Source: Candidatus Hydrothermales bacterium
Lineage (GTDB): Bacteria; Hydrothermota; Hydrothermia; Hydrothermales; JAJRUZ01
DNA length: 64,000 nt
Assembly (NCBI GenBank): GCA_039630575.1
Contig: JBCNUW010000007.1
Span: 1-64,000 of the forward strand
Direction of reading: 5' to 3'
Within the stretch, counting starts at the first letter, position 1, and each line of letters starts with the position of its first letter. Of the stretch, positions 37,452-50,190 are shown in pieces. The notes beneath the pieces were generated by a model. That model was given only the letters and a program-made list of their open reading frames with translations. It did no database searches and had not been told where the DNA came from. The translations under genes were made by a program, and so were the position numbers.

Positions 37452-38144
37452 ATTAGACAAACACCAATAATCGGAATTACCCCTTCATTCTCATATAAAT
37501 CAAATAATTACAAAATAAATATGAAATATATTGAAGCAATCAAAAGAGTAGGAGGTATTCCATTAGTTATTCCCTATATAGACCTAGAGATTAGGAAAGA
37601 TGAATTTTTTGATTTATTTGATGGGTTTTTATTATCAGGTGGAGGAGATGTTCATCCAATGTTTTACGGTGAAGAACCAAGGAAAACTGAAAAAGTAATT
37701 CCTGAGAGAGACAAGTTCGAAATAGAGATAGTTAAAAAATGTTTTGAAAATAAAAAACCAATCCTTGGAATATGCAGGGGTTTACAAGTTATGAACGTGT
37801 CGATGGGTGGAACCTTAATTCAAGATATAGAATCTTACATCGAACATAAACAATCAGCTCCATACAATAAACTTACTCATTCAATAATTATAGATAAAAA
37901 AAGTCAACTTTACGAAATATTCGGTAAAGAAGAGTTAATGGTAAACAGTTTTCATCATCAGGCAATAAGGAAATTAGGTGAAGAGTTAAAGATCTCAGCA
38001 AAGGCAAAAGATGAGATAGTAGAAGCAATTGAAAGCGAAAAACACCCGTTTTTTATCGGGGTTCAGTTTCATCCTGAACATTTATTTGAGGAAAATGAAA
38101 TATTTTTTAACCTGTTTAAAAGTTTTGTAGAGTGTTGTAAGTAA
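37452..38144 (+). CDS. Peptidase C26 / gamma-glutamyl-gamma-aminobutyrate hydrolase family; start uncertain (ATT 37452 vs ATG 37521)
   Basis: LLSGGGDVHP, PILGICRGLQ, VNSFHHQA, GVQFHPE. The conserved first strand PIIGIT is in frame upstream of ATG 37521. Confidence 0.88.
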   Translation: MRQTPIIGITPSFSYKSNNYKINMKYIEAIKRVGGIPLVIPYIDLEIRKDEFFDLFDGFLLSGGGDVHPMFYGEEPRKTEKVIPERDKFEIEIVKKCFENKKPILGICRGLQVMNVSMGGTLIQDIESYIEHKQSAPYNKLTHSIIIDKKSQLYEIFGKEELMVNSFHHQAIRKLGEELKISAKAKDEIVEAIESEKHPFFIGVQFHPEHLFEENEIFFNLFKSFVECCK

Positions 38145-38510
38145 TTAATCTGAAGGAAATTTAAAATATTTTTTTATAATATCAAGTTTTTTCTCCCCTA
38201 TACCCTTTATCTCAAGTAATTCCTCTGGAGTTTTTATCTCACCCTTTTGACTTCTAAACTCAATTATTCTGGCTGCTAATCTTGGACCGATAGATGGCAC
38301 ATTCACTAAATCTTCAAAATCTGCTAAGTTAAAATCAATTTTTTCGATTTTTGTTTTTTCAGAATCAAACTTACTTTTAAGTAAAAACTTTTTCCCAAAA
38401 TCACCCAAAATTATAATGAAAATTAAAAGGTATAAAACCTTTTTCTCTGATTCAGAAGGATAAAGATAAAAATAAAATATATGTTTAAGGTACCCTAAAA
38501 TCTTAAACAT
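38145..38510 (-). CDS. ComEA-like helix-hairpin-helix DNA-binding membrane protein
   Basis: One TM segment, then IDFNLA...VPSIGPRLAARIIEFR...IKGIGEK. Confidence 0.88.
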   Translation of the reverse strand: MFKILGYLKHIFYFYLYPSESEKKVLYLLIFIIILGDFGKKFLLKSKFDSEKTKIEKIDFNLADFEDLVNVPSIGPRLAARIIEFRSQKGEIKTPEELLEIKGIGEKKLDIIKKYFKFPSD

Positions 38511-38548
38511 CTTGTAATTATACAGTTAAAGAAGTTAAAATACAAAAA

Positions 38549-40702
38549 ATGAAAATTTTTATAAACAACAGTGAATATGAAGTTGATCCAAACAAAACAC
38601 TATTAGAAATTTTAAGAGAAAATGGATATGAAGTACCCTTTTACTGCTTTCACCCAAACATAAGAATAACAGCTTCCTGTAGAGTCTGTATTGTAGAAGT
38701 AGAACTTAAAGGCAAGAGGTTTCTTGTAACGGCTTGCTCAAATTATCCTCAAGAAGGAATTAAAATATTACCTGATTCTGAAAAATCAAAAGAGGCAAGA
38801 GCTAACATACTTGAATTAATGCTTATACATCATCCAATAGACTGTCCACTATGCGAAAAAGGAGGAAGATGCGATTTACAAGATTTCACCTATAAGTTTG
38901 GAAGAGCTTTAAAAGAGACTGATTTAAATAAAATCTTACCAAAAAAGCAAAAGTTTAGTGGACTTTTAAGGTTTTATCAAACAAGATGTATTCTATGTTA
39001 TAGGTGCTCTAATTTCTGTAGGGAGGAGCTTTATTCTGATAAGTGGCTATCTTTTAAAAGAGGAAAAGAAAGTTTTGTAGGCCCCTTTGATTTAGAACTT
39101 ACAGATGATGTACCCTTTTTAGGTTATTTAACTCATTTATGCCCTGTAGGAGCAATTCTAGATGATAAAGATTATAGATACGGACCAAGACCATGGGATC
39201 TTAAAGAAATTGAAAGCTCCTGTTTTCTTTGTTCAACAGGTTGTGAGCTCAAATTTTGGGTTAAAAAGGAGCGCAGAGAAAAAGTTTTAAAATCTGGATT
39301 TAAAAAGAAACCAGACAAAATTTACAAGGTAATTGCAAAAGATGATTTTGAAAATCCAACTGTTTTTTGTGACAGAATATTTTATGGAAAGGATTTCATA
39401 TCAAACAGTAAAAGGATTTTTAAAGGATATACATCAGAGGAAGCTAAAGAGAAACTTAAAAAAGTTCTTGATGAATATGATAGCGATGAAATTGCCTTTT
39501 TAATTTCTCCTCGTGAAGTAGACGAAATTTTGAAAAAGATTAAAAATTTTATAATTAAAGAGAATATCAAGAATGTAGCTGCTTTGCCAGGTAAAATATA
39601 CGGTGGATCAGAGAATATAATTTCAGAGTTAAACTATAATGATTTTGAAAATTCCTTTTCTCTTTTATATTTTACACTAATAGACTACTCACACCCTGTA
39701 ATCGGATTTGAACTTTTTAGAATAATGAAAGAAGGTAAAAGGTTAAAAAGGTTTAAAGGGGCTTTTCTTGAAAATGTAGCTAAAAAAGAGAATTTCTTTA
39801 CTGTCATAACTGGTTTTGAGGACAGGTTCTTTAAAAATTCAGACTTTTATTTAAAATTGACATTAAAAATATCTTATGAACTTATCCTTGATCTTATATT
39901 TCTCTTCTTAAAGGAAAAAGGTAAATTACCCGAAATTAAAGATTTTAAACTTATTAATGAATATTTTTTTGAAGAACATTTAAGAGAGAGAAAAATTGTT
40001 TTAAAAGAATCGGAGATAATTTTTGAAAAGATAAAAAATTACAAAAATTTTATAGTTATTTTTAATGATATGTTAGAACCAAAAATACAGCTACTTTTAT
40101 ATTTCTTATCAAAGTATCATGAGAACGGTAAAATTTTAAACTTAAGAAGTGCTTATAATACAGAAGGATTCTTAAGAATTTTTAAAGGCTTCCACTTTAA
40201 AAGTTTAAAAGAAATTAAAAATAAATTAAAAAACAAAGAAATAAAGTGTTTAATACTTTATAGAGTTGAGCCCTATTTTGACATTCTTGACAAAGAGTTT
40301 TTGTATCTTATGGAAAACACAAAAGTCTTTTACATAAATTCATTAAAACCAAAAAGTGAAATAAAAATGGATTATATTTTTATTTCAACACCCTTTGAAT
40401 ATGGGGGAGAATTTATTAACAATTTAGGTGAAAAGAGGAAAATTAACAAACTTTTTGATCCACTTTTTGAAAGTCAAAATCCTCACAGCTTGTTTTATGA
40501 GGAAAATTACGAATTAACCGGAGAGGAAAAAATTTTGTTAGATTTTAATATATTTATGGAGGATGTTGATGAAGAAGAATTTTTAATAGAAAAACCTAAT
40601 TTATGGGATATTAATCTTTTATTCACTGAAAATATAAAAAAGGAATTTGAATTCAGCGGTCTTAAGCCAATTGTTAAATTAAAAAGACTTTTTCATGAGT
40701 GA
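38549..40702 (+). CDS. NuoG-like Fe-S protein with a degenerate molybdopterin-oxidoreductase-fold C-terminus
   Basis: 2Fe-2S FYCFH...SCRVC...TAC; HPIDCPLCEKGGRCDLQ; RCILCYRC...CPVGAI; CFLCSTGC...FCDR. Confidence 0.85.
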   Translation: MKIFINNSEYEVDPNKTLLEILRENGYEVPFYCFHPNIRITASCRVCIVEVELKGKRFLVTACSNYPQEGIKILPDSEKSKEARANILELMLIHHPIDCPLCEKGGRCDLQDFTYKFGRALKETDLNKILPKKQKFSGLLRFYQTRCILCYRCSNFCREELYSDKWLSFKRGKESFVGPFDLELTDDVPFLGYLTHLCPVGAILDDKDYRYGPRPWDLKEIESSCFLCSTGCELKFWVKKERREKVLKSGFKKKPDKIYKVIAKDDFENPTVFCDRIFYGKDFISNSKRIFKGYTSEEAKEKLKKVLDEYDSDEIAFLISPREVDEILKKIKNFIIKENIKNVAALPGKIYGGSENIISELNYNDFENSFSLLYFTLIDYSHPVIGFELFRIMKEGKRLKRFKGAFLENVAKKENFFTVITGFEDRFFKNSDFYLKLTLKISYELILDLIFLFLKEKGKLPEIKDFKLINEYFFEEHLRERKIVLKESEIIFEKIKNYKNFIVIFNDMLEPKIQLLLYFLSKYHENGKILNLRSAYNTEGFLRIFKGFHFKSLKEIKNKLKNKEIKCLILYRVEPYFDILDKEFLYLMENTKVFYINSLKPKSEIKMDYIFISTPFEYGGEFINNLGEKRKINKLFDPLFESQNPHSLFYEENYELTGEEKILLDFNIFMEDVDEEEFLIEKPNLWDINLLFTENIKKEFEFSGLKPIVKLKRLFHE

Positions 40703-41286
40703 TATTTGGAGGAATTGATTTATCAATAAGGGATAAAAATAAAGCAATCTGTTTTATAGAAAATAAGAGAAAACCAAAGATAATTTTATTAAAAAGAAAA
40801 GTTTCGGATAAGGAAATTATTGATTTAGTTAAAAAGTATAAACCAGTCTTTCTTTCTATAGATGCGCCTTTAAAATGGAAAGAATTTGTCGATAGAAAAG
40901 AAGATAAAATTTTAAGAAAATACTTAAAAAAAAGAAAAATTAAAAATGTAGGTGTACTTCCCTTCTATGTAAAAAGTATGATGGGACTTTCTAAAAAGGG
41001 AAGGTATTTATACAGTAAATTGAAGAATATAACAAAAGTTCTTGAAACACACCCAACAGCATCAATCAGAGCAAATGGGTTTGAAGGTAACTATAAAAAA
41101 AATAAAGAAGAATTTAAAAAAATTTTAAAAAGATTGAAATATAAATTTATGAACATAGAAATGATTAAAAACCATAATGAACTCGATGCTTTATTTTGTG
41201 CACTTTTTTCTTTGTACTACTTTGAAGGAAAAAATATAGTTATCTTAAGAAAAAAAATACCCTATGGAATTATAGTGAAAATTTAA
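40699..41286 (+). CDS. DUF429 family (RNase H-like predicted nuclease)
   Basis: GIDLS, SIDAPL, ETHP, HNELDALFCA. Confidence 0.85.
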   Translation: MIFGGIDLSIRDKNKAICFIENKRKPKIILLKRKVSDKEIIDLVKKYKPVFLSIDAPLKWKEFVDRKEDKILRKYLKKRKIKNVGVLPFYVKSMMGLSKKGRYLYSKLKNITKVLETHPTASIRANGFEGNYKKNKEEFKKILKRLKYKFMNIEMIKNHNELDALFCALFSLYYFEGKNIVILRKKIPYGIIVKI

Positions 41287-41289
41287 ATG

Positions 41290-41994
41290 TTACTCAATCT
41301 CCTCACCTGGCTTTAAAATTATAACTTCTATATTTAATGATGGATCAAGTTGATTTTTAAATTCATCAGGAGTTCCTGTTAGTATTGGAAAGGTTCCATA
41401 ATGCATTGGAATCACAAACTTTGGTTTTAAAAGCTTACATGCATAACTTGCTTCAAGAGGACCCATGGTATAATGAGATCCTATGGGTAAAAGCGCAAGA
41501 TCTGGTTTATATAGCTTTCCAATTATTTCCATTCCTGAAAAAACTCCAGTATCTCCAGCATGGTATACAGTAAAGTTATTTTCAAATTTAATAACAAACC
41601 CTGTAGGATCTCCACCTGGTATTATTTTGTCTCCTTCCTGAATTGATGAGGAATGAGTTGCCTCAGTTTGAATTATCTCTATATCTCCATCCTTAACATG
41701 TCCACCTATATTCATTCCTATTGAATTTTTAATTCCCTTTGATTGGAGATATACATAAATCTCGTGTATAGAATAAACTTTTGCATTAGTTTTTTTGGCA
41801 ATTTCTATAGTATCTCCAATATGATCACCATGAGCATGTGTTAAGAGTATTATATCAGCTTTATCGTAATCTTTTGTAGTTGAAACAGGATTATTTAGCC
41901 ATGGATCAACAAATATTACTTTCCCAAAAGGAGATATAAATCTAAAGGCCGCATGGCCATAATATTTTACTTTTATTCCATTAAATTTTTTCAT
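41290..41994 (-). CDS. UPF0173 metal-dependent hydrolase (MBL fold)
   Basis: GHAAF, VDPWL, THAHGDH, ATHSS, YHAGDT, LPIG, PMHYGTFP. Strong SD. Confidence 0.93.
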   Translation of the reverse strand: MKKFNGIKVKYYGHAAFRFISPFGKVIFVDPWLNNPVSTTKDYDKADIILLTHAHGDHIGDTIEIAKKTNAKVYSIHEIYVYLQSKGIKNSIGMNIGGHVKDGDIEIIQTEATHSSSIQEGDKIIPGGDPTGFVIKFENNFTVYHAGDTGVFSGMEIIGKLYKPDLALLPIGSHYTMGPLEASYACKLLKPKFVIPMHYGTFPILTGTPDEFKNQLDPSLNIEVIILKPGEEIE

Positions 41995-42022
41995 TTTCCC
42001 TCCTTTTTAAAAATTATGAGAA

Positions 42023-43246
42023 TTATACTAAGATTTTTTCAAGTAACTTTTTAGTCACCCTTGATATCTCATAGTTTTCTTTCACAAAGTTAAAAGCATT
42101 AATTACTAACACTCTACTGAGTTTTTTATCTTCCAAAAGTCTAATAATTTTCCTTGCAAAATCTTTTTCATCTTTTGCAATTAACAAATGCTTTCCATCC
42201 TCAACACCTATTCCCTCAGCTCCCTTAGGAGTTGTAACAATAGGAGCCCCAAACTGCATAGCTTCAAGTAATTTTACCTTTATTCCTGTTCCAAATCTCA
42301 AAGGTGAGACAAAAATAATTGCTCTTTTATAAAAAGTCTCAAGATCATCAACTGCTCCCCAAACTTTCACATTTTTTTCTTTACCTAGAATGCCTTTTAG
42401 ATCTTCCCTAACATTTGAACCCACAATCCAAAATTCAATTTCAGGAAATTTTTCTCTTACGTAGGGAAAAATTTTTTTAACAAAATAAAAAACAGCATCT
42501 GGATTTGGAGCATAATCCATCTTGCCAACAAAAAGCAGGTAATTTTCCTTTTTATCTATTTTTAATTCCTCTTCAATTTTAACGGTAGGTGGGAAAAGAA
42601 TCACATTTTTTATACCGTTTTTTTCAAGATATTTTTTATCTTTTTCTGAGTTTGTTAAAACAAAATCAAAAAATTTTGACCAATACTTTTCATATTTTCT
42701 CATCATTTTTATCTCGTAGGACAACAGAAAACTTTTAATGAAATGAATTTTTAAAATTCCTCTAATTATGGAAGGTATACTATAAATAGCTTCACCAAAA
42801 GGATTTTCTATATCTTTTATAAATTTTTTCATATTCATATACTTTAAGGACTGAGGATCATCCATATTTAAGATAGTTTTATTTCTTTTTACATAAGGAA
42901 AAACGTGAGCGATTCTTAAATAATCAATAAAAATCAAATCAGGCTTTATTCTTTCAACAAAAACTTTTAGATTTATAAAAGCTTTCTTATTTATGTAAAA
43001 CACTATTTCAAAAGGATTTTTAAAAAAAGAAAATATAAGATTTTTTAAAAAAGATAATTTAGATAAAAAAGGAGCAAATTGAGCCTCCTCAAAGATTTGG
43101 TTATCTTTAATATCAAAATTAACAAAAGAGTAAAGGTAAAGTTTATATCCACACTTTTTTAATTCATTTGTAAAAAGAAAAATTTTCTTTCTGAGACCAG
43201 AAAAGGGTGGAAATAAAACTTGAGAAGTTATAAAAAGAATTTTCAT
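42023..43246 (-). CDS. Glycosyltransferase family 4
   Basis: FVGKMDYAPNPDA, PLRFGTGIKVKLLEAM, GAEGI. Confidence 0.92.
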   Translation of the reverse strand: MKILFITSQVLFPPFSGLRKKIFLFTNELKKCGYKLYLYSFVNFDIKDNQIFEEAQFAPFLSKLSFLKNLIFSFFKNPFEIVFYINKKAFINLKVFVERIKPDLIFIDYLRIAHVFPYVKRNKTILNMDDPQSLKYMNMKKFIKDIENPFGEAIYSIPSIIRGILKIHFIKSFLLSYEIKMMRKYEKYWSKFFDFVLTNSEKDKKYLEKNGIKNVILFPPTVKIEEELKIDKKENYLLFVGKMDYAPNPDAVFYFVKKIFPYVREKFPEIEFWIVGSNVREDLKGILGKEKNVKVWGAVDDLETFYKRAIIFVSPLRFGTGIKVKLLEAMQFGAPIVTTPKGAEGIGVEDGKHLLIAKDEKDFARKIIRLLEDKKLSRVLVINAFNFVKENYEISRVTKKLLEKILV

Positions 43247-43302
43247 TAATAAAATTTTAGGAATTTTATGAAAAGTTTTACAAAGTATTTTATAATTAAA
43301 AA

Positions 43303-44763
43303 ATGTTAGAAGCCCTAAAGGTAAAAGTAAATAAAATCTTTATTTTTTATTTCACAACCTTTGTTCTATTTTTTCTTCTTTTTGGTTACCTTCTCTTAGA
43401 AACGAATATTTCTTTAATTTTAGTTGGAAAAGTATTTATTTTTTTATCTTTTCTTTTAATACTTCCTATAGGAAATTTTTTTAGAAATGTTATAATTTTT
43501 CTACCACTATCCTTAATTTTAAAGTTATCTATAAATTTTAATTACATTGTTTCGCCTTTACACTTAAAACCGGCTCTTTCAAATATAGTCTTACCCTTCA
43601 AAATGTTTAATCTTTTTGTATTAATATTTATATTTTTTCTTTTTCTTTATTTCTTAAGTGGTAACAAATTGAAAGAAAAAGTGCCTTTTTTTAATTTTCT
43701 GATCATTTTATCTTCTTTAAACTTTCTATCAATTCTTTGGTCATTAAAGAAAGATTATGCTTTTTTAAACTCCTTTATGTTTTTAATAAACTCTTTCTAT
43801 TACTTTATTGGTTTTCTTTACTTTAAAGAAAAAAAAGATTTAAACCTTCTCCTTTTATCACTTTTAATTTTTTTGGTTTTTAATTTTTTAATATCCTTTT
43901 TCCAATATTTCCTTCCTGATTCAATAATCGCAAGATTCTGGAAAGTAGAAATAGGTGAATATTATTGGAGCTTAAGAGTAAAAGGTGTTTTTTATCACAG
44001 TAACAGTTATTCAGCATTTATAAATCTTGCTCTTATAATGATATTAAGCTTTATTTTATACAGTGAAAGTAGACTTTTAAAATATTCTCTAATTTTTATA
44101 CTTTTTTCTGCTGTTTTCACAATTTTCTTAACCTTTTCTAGAGCCGGTTATCTTTCATTATTTCTATCAATTTATTTTTTCTGTTTCTTTTATCTTTTAA
44201 AAAAGGGAAAAGCAAAAATTCTAATATTTTATACAATTTTAACAATAATACTTTTTGCAATATTTTTATTTATAATCAAATTAATTTCACCTTCTATTTA
44301 TTTAAGATTTGAATCTATACTTTGGGGTAGGAGGGAAATAAGTATATTAATCAGAACAATATTTTGGAAAGAGGCTATCAAAATTTTTATTAATAACCCT
44401 ATAAAAGGTTTGGGAAGTGGACAGTTTGCCTTTACGGATTTCTCTCAAATTCACCTGCATGCACATAATGCGTTTCTAAACTTTCTTGTTGAACTTGGAA
44501 TACTCGGTTTTATCGTATTTATAGTCTTTCTTTATAAAATATTTAGATTTCTCTTAGATATTTTTAGAAAAACTAATGAAAGAGAAATATTCCTAATAAT
44601 AGGGCTTATTACAGGTTGGATTTCAATAATTTTTCAACTTTTTTTTGATTATTACTGGTTAAATGCTATTTACGATATGGAAATCAAATTTTTCTTTTTA
44701 TATATCCTTATAACTATTCTGTTAACAAAATTTTATTTTAAAGAAAAATTACAAATCCCTTAA
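43303..44763 (+). CDS. O-antigen ligase / Wzy_C family membrane protein
   Basis: Many TM helices, RVKGVFYHSN, TFSRAG, R..FW..A...F..NPIKGLGSG, HAHNAFL. Confidence 0.9.
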   Translation: MLEALKVKVNKIFIFYFTTFVLFFLLFGYLLLETNISLILVGKVFIFLSFLLILPIGNFFRNVIIFLPLSLILKLSINFNYIVSPLHLKPALSNIVLPFKMFNLFVLIFIFFLFLYFLSGNKLKEKVPFFNFLIILSSLNFLSILWSLKKDYAFLNSFMFLINSFYYFIGFLYFKEKKDLNLLLLSLLIFLVFNFLISFFQYFLPDSIIARFWKVEIGEYYWSLRVKGVFYHSNSYSAFINLALIMILSFILYSESRLLKYSLIFILFSAVFTIFLTFSRAGYLSLFLSIYFFCFFYLLKKGKAKILIFYTILTIILFAIFLFIIKLISPSIYLRFESILWGRREISILIRTIFWKEAIKIFINNPIKGLGSGQFAFTDFSQIHLHAHNAFLNFLVELGILGFIVFIVFLYKIFRFLLDIFRKTNEREIFLIIGLITGWISIIFQLFFDYYWLNAIYDMEIKFFFLYILITILLTKFYFKEKLQIP

Positions 44764-45161
44764 TCTCTTTGACAAAACTTTAGCAATCTCAAGTAAAAGT
44801 TTACAGGCTGCCTTTGGTTTTGATTCAATAAGATCAAAAAAAGCGCGATGTGAAAAGAGTAACACCTCTGAATCCTCAACCGCTCTACAGGTAGCACTTC
44901 TTACACTTTCCTCTATGAGAGCCATTTCACCTATAAAATCTCCCGGACCAAACAAGGCAATTTGTACTTCCTCTCCTTTGTTATTTTTCTTTAAAATCTC
45001 TAATTTACCCCTTTTAATTAAAAACAAAAACCTTCCCGTATCCCCTTCAAAGAATATAATCCTACCTTTTTTAAACTCTCTAACACTTATATAAGGTGCT
45101 ATATCTTTTATGGTCTCTTCTGATAACCCCTTAAATAACTTATTCTTTTTTAAAGTATTTA

Positions 45162-45180
<19 letters not shown>
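44749..45180 (-). CDS. Stand-alone cyclic-nucleotide-binding domain protein
   Basis: IFFEGD, GDFIGEMAL...RSATCRA. Confidence 0.92.
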
Positions 45181-47601
<2,421 letters not shown>

Positions 47602-47607
47602 TTAAGT

Positions 47608-48615
47608 TTAAGTTCCAATAAATTTTGAAATCAAATTTTTTATCTTTTTTTCATCAATTAAATCCTTCGAGCTTATAAAAAGCTTACCTTCTTTAAAAAG
47701 TTTTATTTCTTCTTCCTTTACCTTTAATTTTATGAAAAATCTATTCTCTTCAAATCCTTCATAATTTCTCCAATTCTGTTTTATTTTTTCATAATCAAAA
47801 AAGTCAAGTTTTATATATACTGTTTTTTCTGAACAAAAAGTCATAATTTTTTGATCCTCTTTGTCTATAAACTCAAATTTTCCAAAAGTACAAAGTGAAC
47901 AATCTCTTCTTTTTTTTAATTTAAATTCTCTTAATGAATAATTATCAGAAAAATCAATATAAATCATTCTGTTAATATAATTCCTTTTTAAGGTAAAGTA
48001 CTTAATGGCAAAATCTAGTTGTATTCCTGCTACTATTTTTGCCACTACAGGGTTAATTCCGTGAGTTTCGCAAGTATCAATTCTTCCTTTTTTTGGAATT
48101 TCCTTAAAGAGACACCTATAACATGCTCCAACCCATGGGATAAAAAAAGCAATTTCACCCCTTTCACCAACACATGCACCATGAACCCAAGGTATCTTTC
48201 TTTTAAAAGAGAATTCATTTATTAAAAACCTTGTTTCCAGGTTATCAACTGCATCAAATATAAGAGAAATATCATCTTTAATATCATTTAAAAAGGATGG
48301 AGAAAAATCCTCAAAAAAAATTTTTACGTTTACACTTTCATCGATTAATCTAATTTTTTCCTGAGAAGCAACTACCTTAGGTTTTCCCATCTCTGCATCT
48401 TCTTTAGTGTAAAGTGGTGAGTTTAAAAGATCATGAAATTCTACATAATCTCTATCAATTAAAACTAAATTTTTAAAACCAGCTCTAACAAGAAGATCTA
48501 AAATATTTGAGCCAAGAGCACCCAAGCCAACAATCAAAACATTTTTATATCTTAAATCACCAAGATTTTTACCCCATTTAAGTGGATAAAGTCTTTTTAA
48601 CCTCTCATCTATCAT
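47608..48615 (-). CDS. ThiF/MoeB family adenylyltransferase
   Basis: VGLGALG, IDRDYVE, DAVDNLETR, CYRC, TCETHG, CSLC. Start probably ATG 48615 (ATGA overlap with the upstream stop). Confidence 0.9.
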   Translation of the reverse strand: MIDERLKRLYPLKWGKNLGDLRYKNVLIVGLGALGSNILDLLVRAGFKNLVLIDRDYVEFHDLLNSPLYTKEDAEMGKPKVVASQEKIRLIDESVNVKIFFEDFSPSFLNDIKDDISLIFDAVDNLETRFLINEFSFKRKIPWVHGACVGERGEIAFFIPWVGACYRCLFKEIPKKGRIDTCETHGINPVVAKIVAGIQLDFAIKYFTLKRNYINRMIYIDFSDNYSLREFKLKKRRDCSLCTFGKFEFIDKEDQKIMTFCSEKTVYIKLDFFDYEKIKQNWRNYEGFEENRFFIKLKVKEEEIKLFKEGKLFISSKDLIDEKKIKNLISKFIGT

Positions 48616-49430
48616 CTGAAAAGAACAACTGGTATTTTTGCCCAAACCTCCTCTCCACTTTTGATAACTATAAGATAAACACCTGCCTTTTGATTTTTTC
48701 CAAAATCATCCCTTCCATCCCAAATTATTTTTACTCTCCTATTGGATCTTATAATATCTAAATCTTTGACCTTCTTCCCTGTTAAACTATAGACCGATGC
48801 TAAAATAGTACGTACTTCTTCTCCACATTCTAGAATTACTTCAAGGTTTTCTACTTCAGGACTAAAGAATTTTTTATATTCTTTAACTTGAAGCTCTTCT
48901 TCCTTTTCTTTATAAACAATTCTAAGCACAGCTTTTAAATCAATACCTTTATCCCATACTCCGTCACAATCTTGATCTAATGGTACTAAAAATAATGGAT
49001 AAATATCTCCCTTTTGTTCAGGTATAGAGTAAAAAATTCCGTTAGATTCAATACAAACCCAAAAGTAAATTTGTTTCGAATTTTCAATTAGATTTTTTGG
49101 GAGTTTAATATTTAAAAGATTTTCTCTGCCAAGAGTATCCATATGGAAAATTATACCTTTATCAGAATAAGAAACTTTATCTTCCTTTAAATCAGATACA
49201 AAAAAATATTTAAGTTTGACTGGAAACTTGAAAGAGCCCCTTAGTTCAGGGAAAAAATACATTCCTTCGTCACCAGTACCTGCTGCAAAGTAAATCCTAT
49301 CAAATTTTGCTACTTTCAAATTAACATGAAAATAAAAACTATCCCAACTCGCGTAAAGCTCTGAAGTTGAGGAGATATAAATGGGTTCCTCCTTTAAAAC
49401 TAGGATTAAAAATATATAAAGGATTTTCAT
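48612..49430 (-). CDS. Exported protein with FlgD-like/T9SS-type C-terminal domain
   Basis: Short hydrophobic N-terminus; VYSLTGKKVK...WDGRDDFG...AGVYLI. Confidence 0.75.
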   Translation of the reverse strand: MKILYIFLILVLKEEPIYISSTSELYASWDSFYFHVNLKVAKFDRIYFAAGTGDEGMYFFPELRGSFKFPVKLKYFFVSDLKEDKVSYSDKGIIFHMDTLGRENLLNIKLPKNLIENSKQIYFWVCIESNGIFYSIPEQKGDIYPLFLVPLDQDCDGVWDKGIDLKAVLRIVYKEKEEELQVKEYKKFFSPEVENLEVILECGEEVRTILASVYSLTGKKVKDLDIIRSNRRVKIIWDGRDDFGKNQKAGVYLIVIKSGEEVWAKIPVVLFR

Positions 49431-49461
49431 TGGATTTATTATAGAGTATATAATATTTAAA

Positions 49462-50190
49462 GTGCAATATTATATTTTTTCTGATTTTCATCTTGGTTTC
49501 TCTGAGGAAAGAGATAAAAAGATTTTTGAAAAATTTTTTGGTATTCTTGAAAAACTAGAAAAAGGCAGTAAAATTGTTTTGCTGGGTGATATTTTTGATT
49601 TTTGGTTTGAATATAAAACTGTTCTACCTAAGGAAAATTTTTTATTTGTATCTGAGCTTTACAAATTTAAAGATAAGTTTGAATTCTTTTACTTTACAGG
49701 TAATCATGATTTTTTTGTTAAAAATTTCATTCAAGGTTTTAATTTGAGGATTTTCCAAAAGGAAAGAATTTTTCAAATAGGAAAAAAGAAAGTCCTGCTT
49801 GCTCACGGTGATTTCTATTATGAAAGCGATTTAATAGGAACGTATTTTAATTATCTTTTAAGAAGTTCTTTTGTTAAATTTTTATTCTACATTCTCCACC
49901 CAGATATAGGAATAAAGTTGGCAAAGGGTATTTCAAAAATTTCGAGAAATAACTCTGAAAAAAAAGAACCAAAGGAAGAAATTCCTGAAAGAGCAAAAAA
50001 ATTTTTTAAAAAAGGAGGTGATATCTGTATTTTAGGACATTTTCACAAACCGATGTTTATTGAAAGAGACCAAAAAATTTATGTAAATACAGGAGAATTC
50101 CCTATAGATGAAAGCTTTGTTTACCTCGATGAAAACAGGATCGCACTCTATAAAGAAAATAAAATAATAAGGGAAAAAATTTTAAAATAA
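49462..50190 (+). CDS. lpxH: UDP-2,3-diacylglucosamine diphosphatase (LpxH-like metallophosphoesterase)
   Basis: SDFHLG, LLGDIFDFWFE, GNHD, AHGD, GHFH, NTG. Confidence 0.85.
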   Translation: MQYYIFSDFHLGFSEERDKKIFEKFFGILEKLEKGSKIVLLGDIFDFWFEYKTVLPKENFLFVSELYKFKDKFEFFYFTGNHDFFVKNFIQGFNLRIFQKERIFQIGKKKVLLAHGDFYYESDLIGTYFNYLLRSSFVKFLFYILHPDIGIKLAKGISKISRNNSEKKEPKEEIPERAKKFFKKGGDICILGHFHKPMFIERDQKIYVNTGEFPIDESFVYLDENRIALYKENKIIREKILK

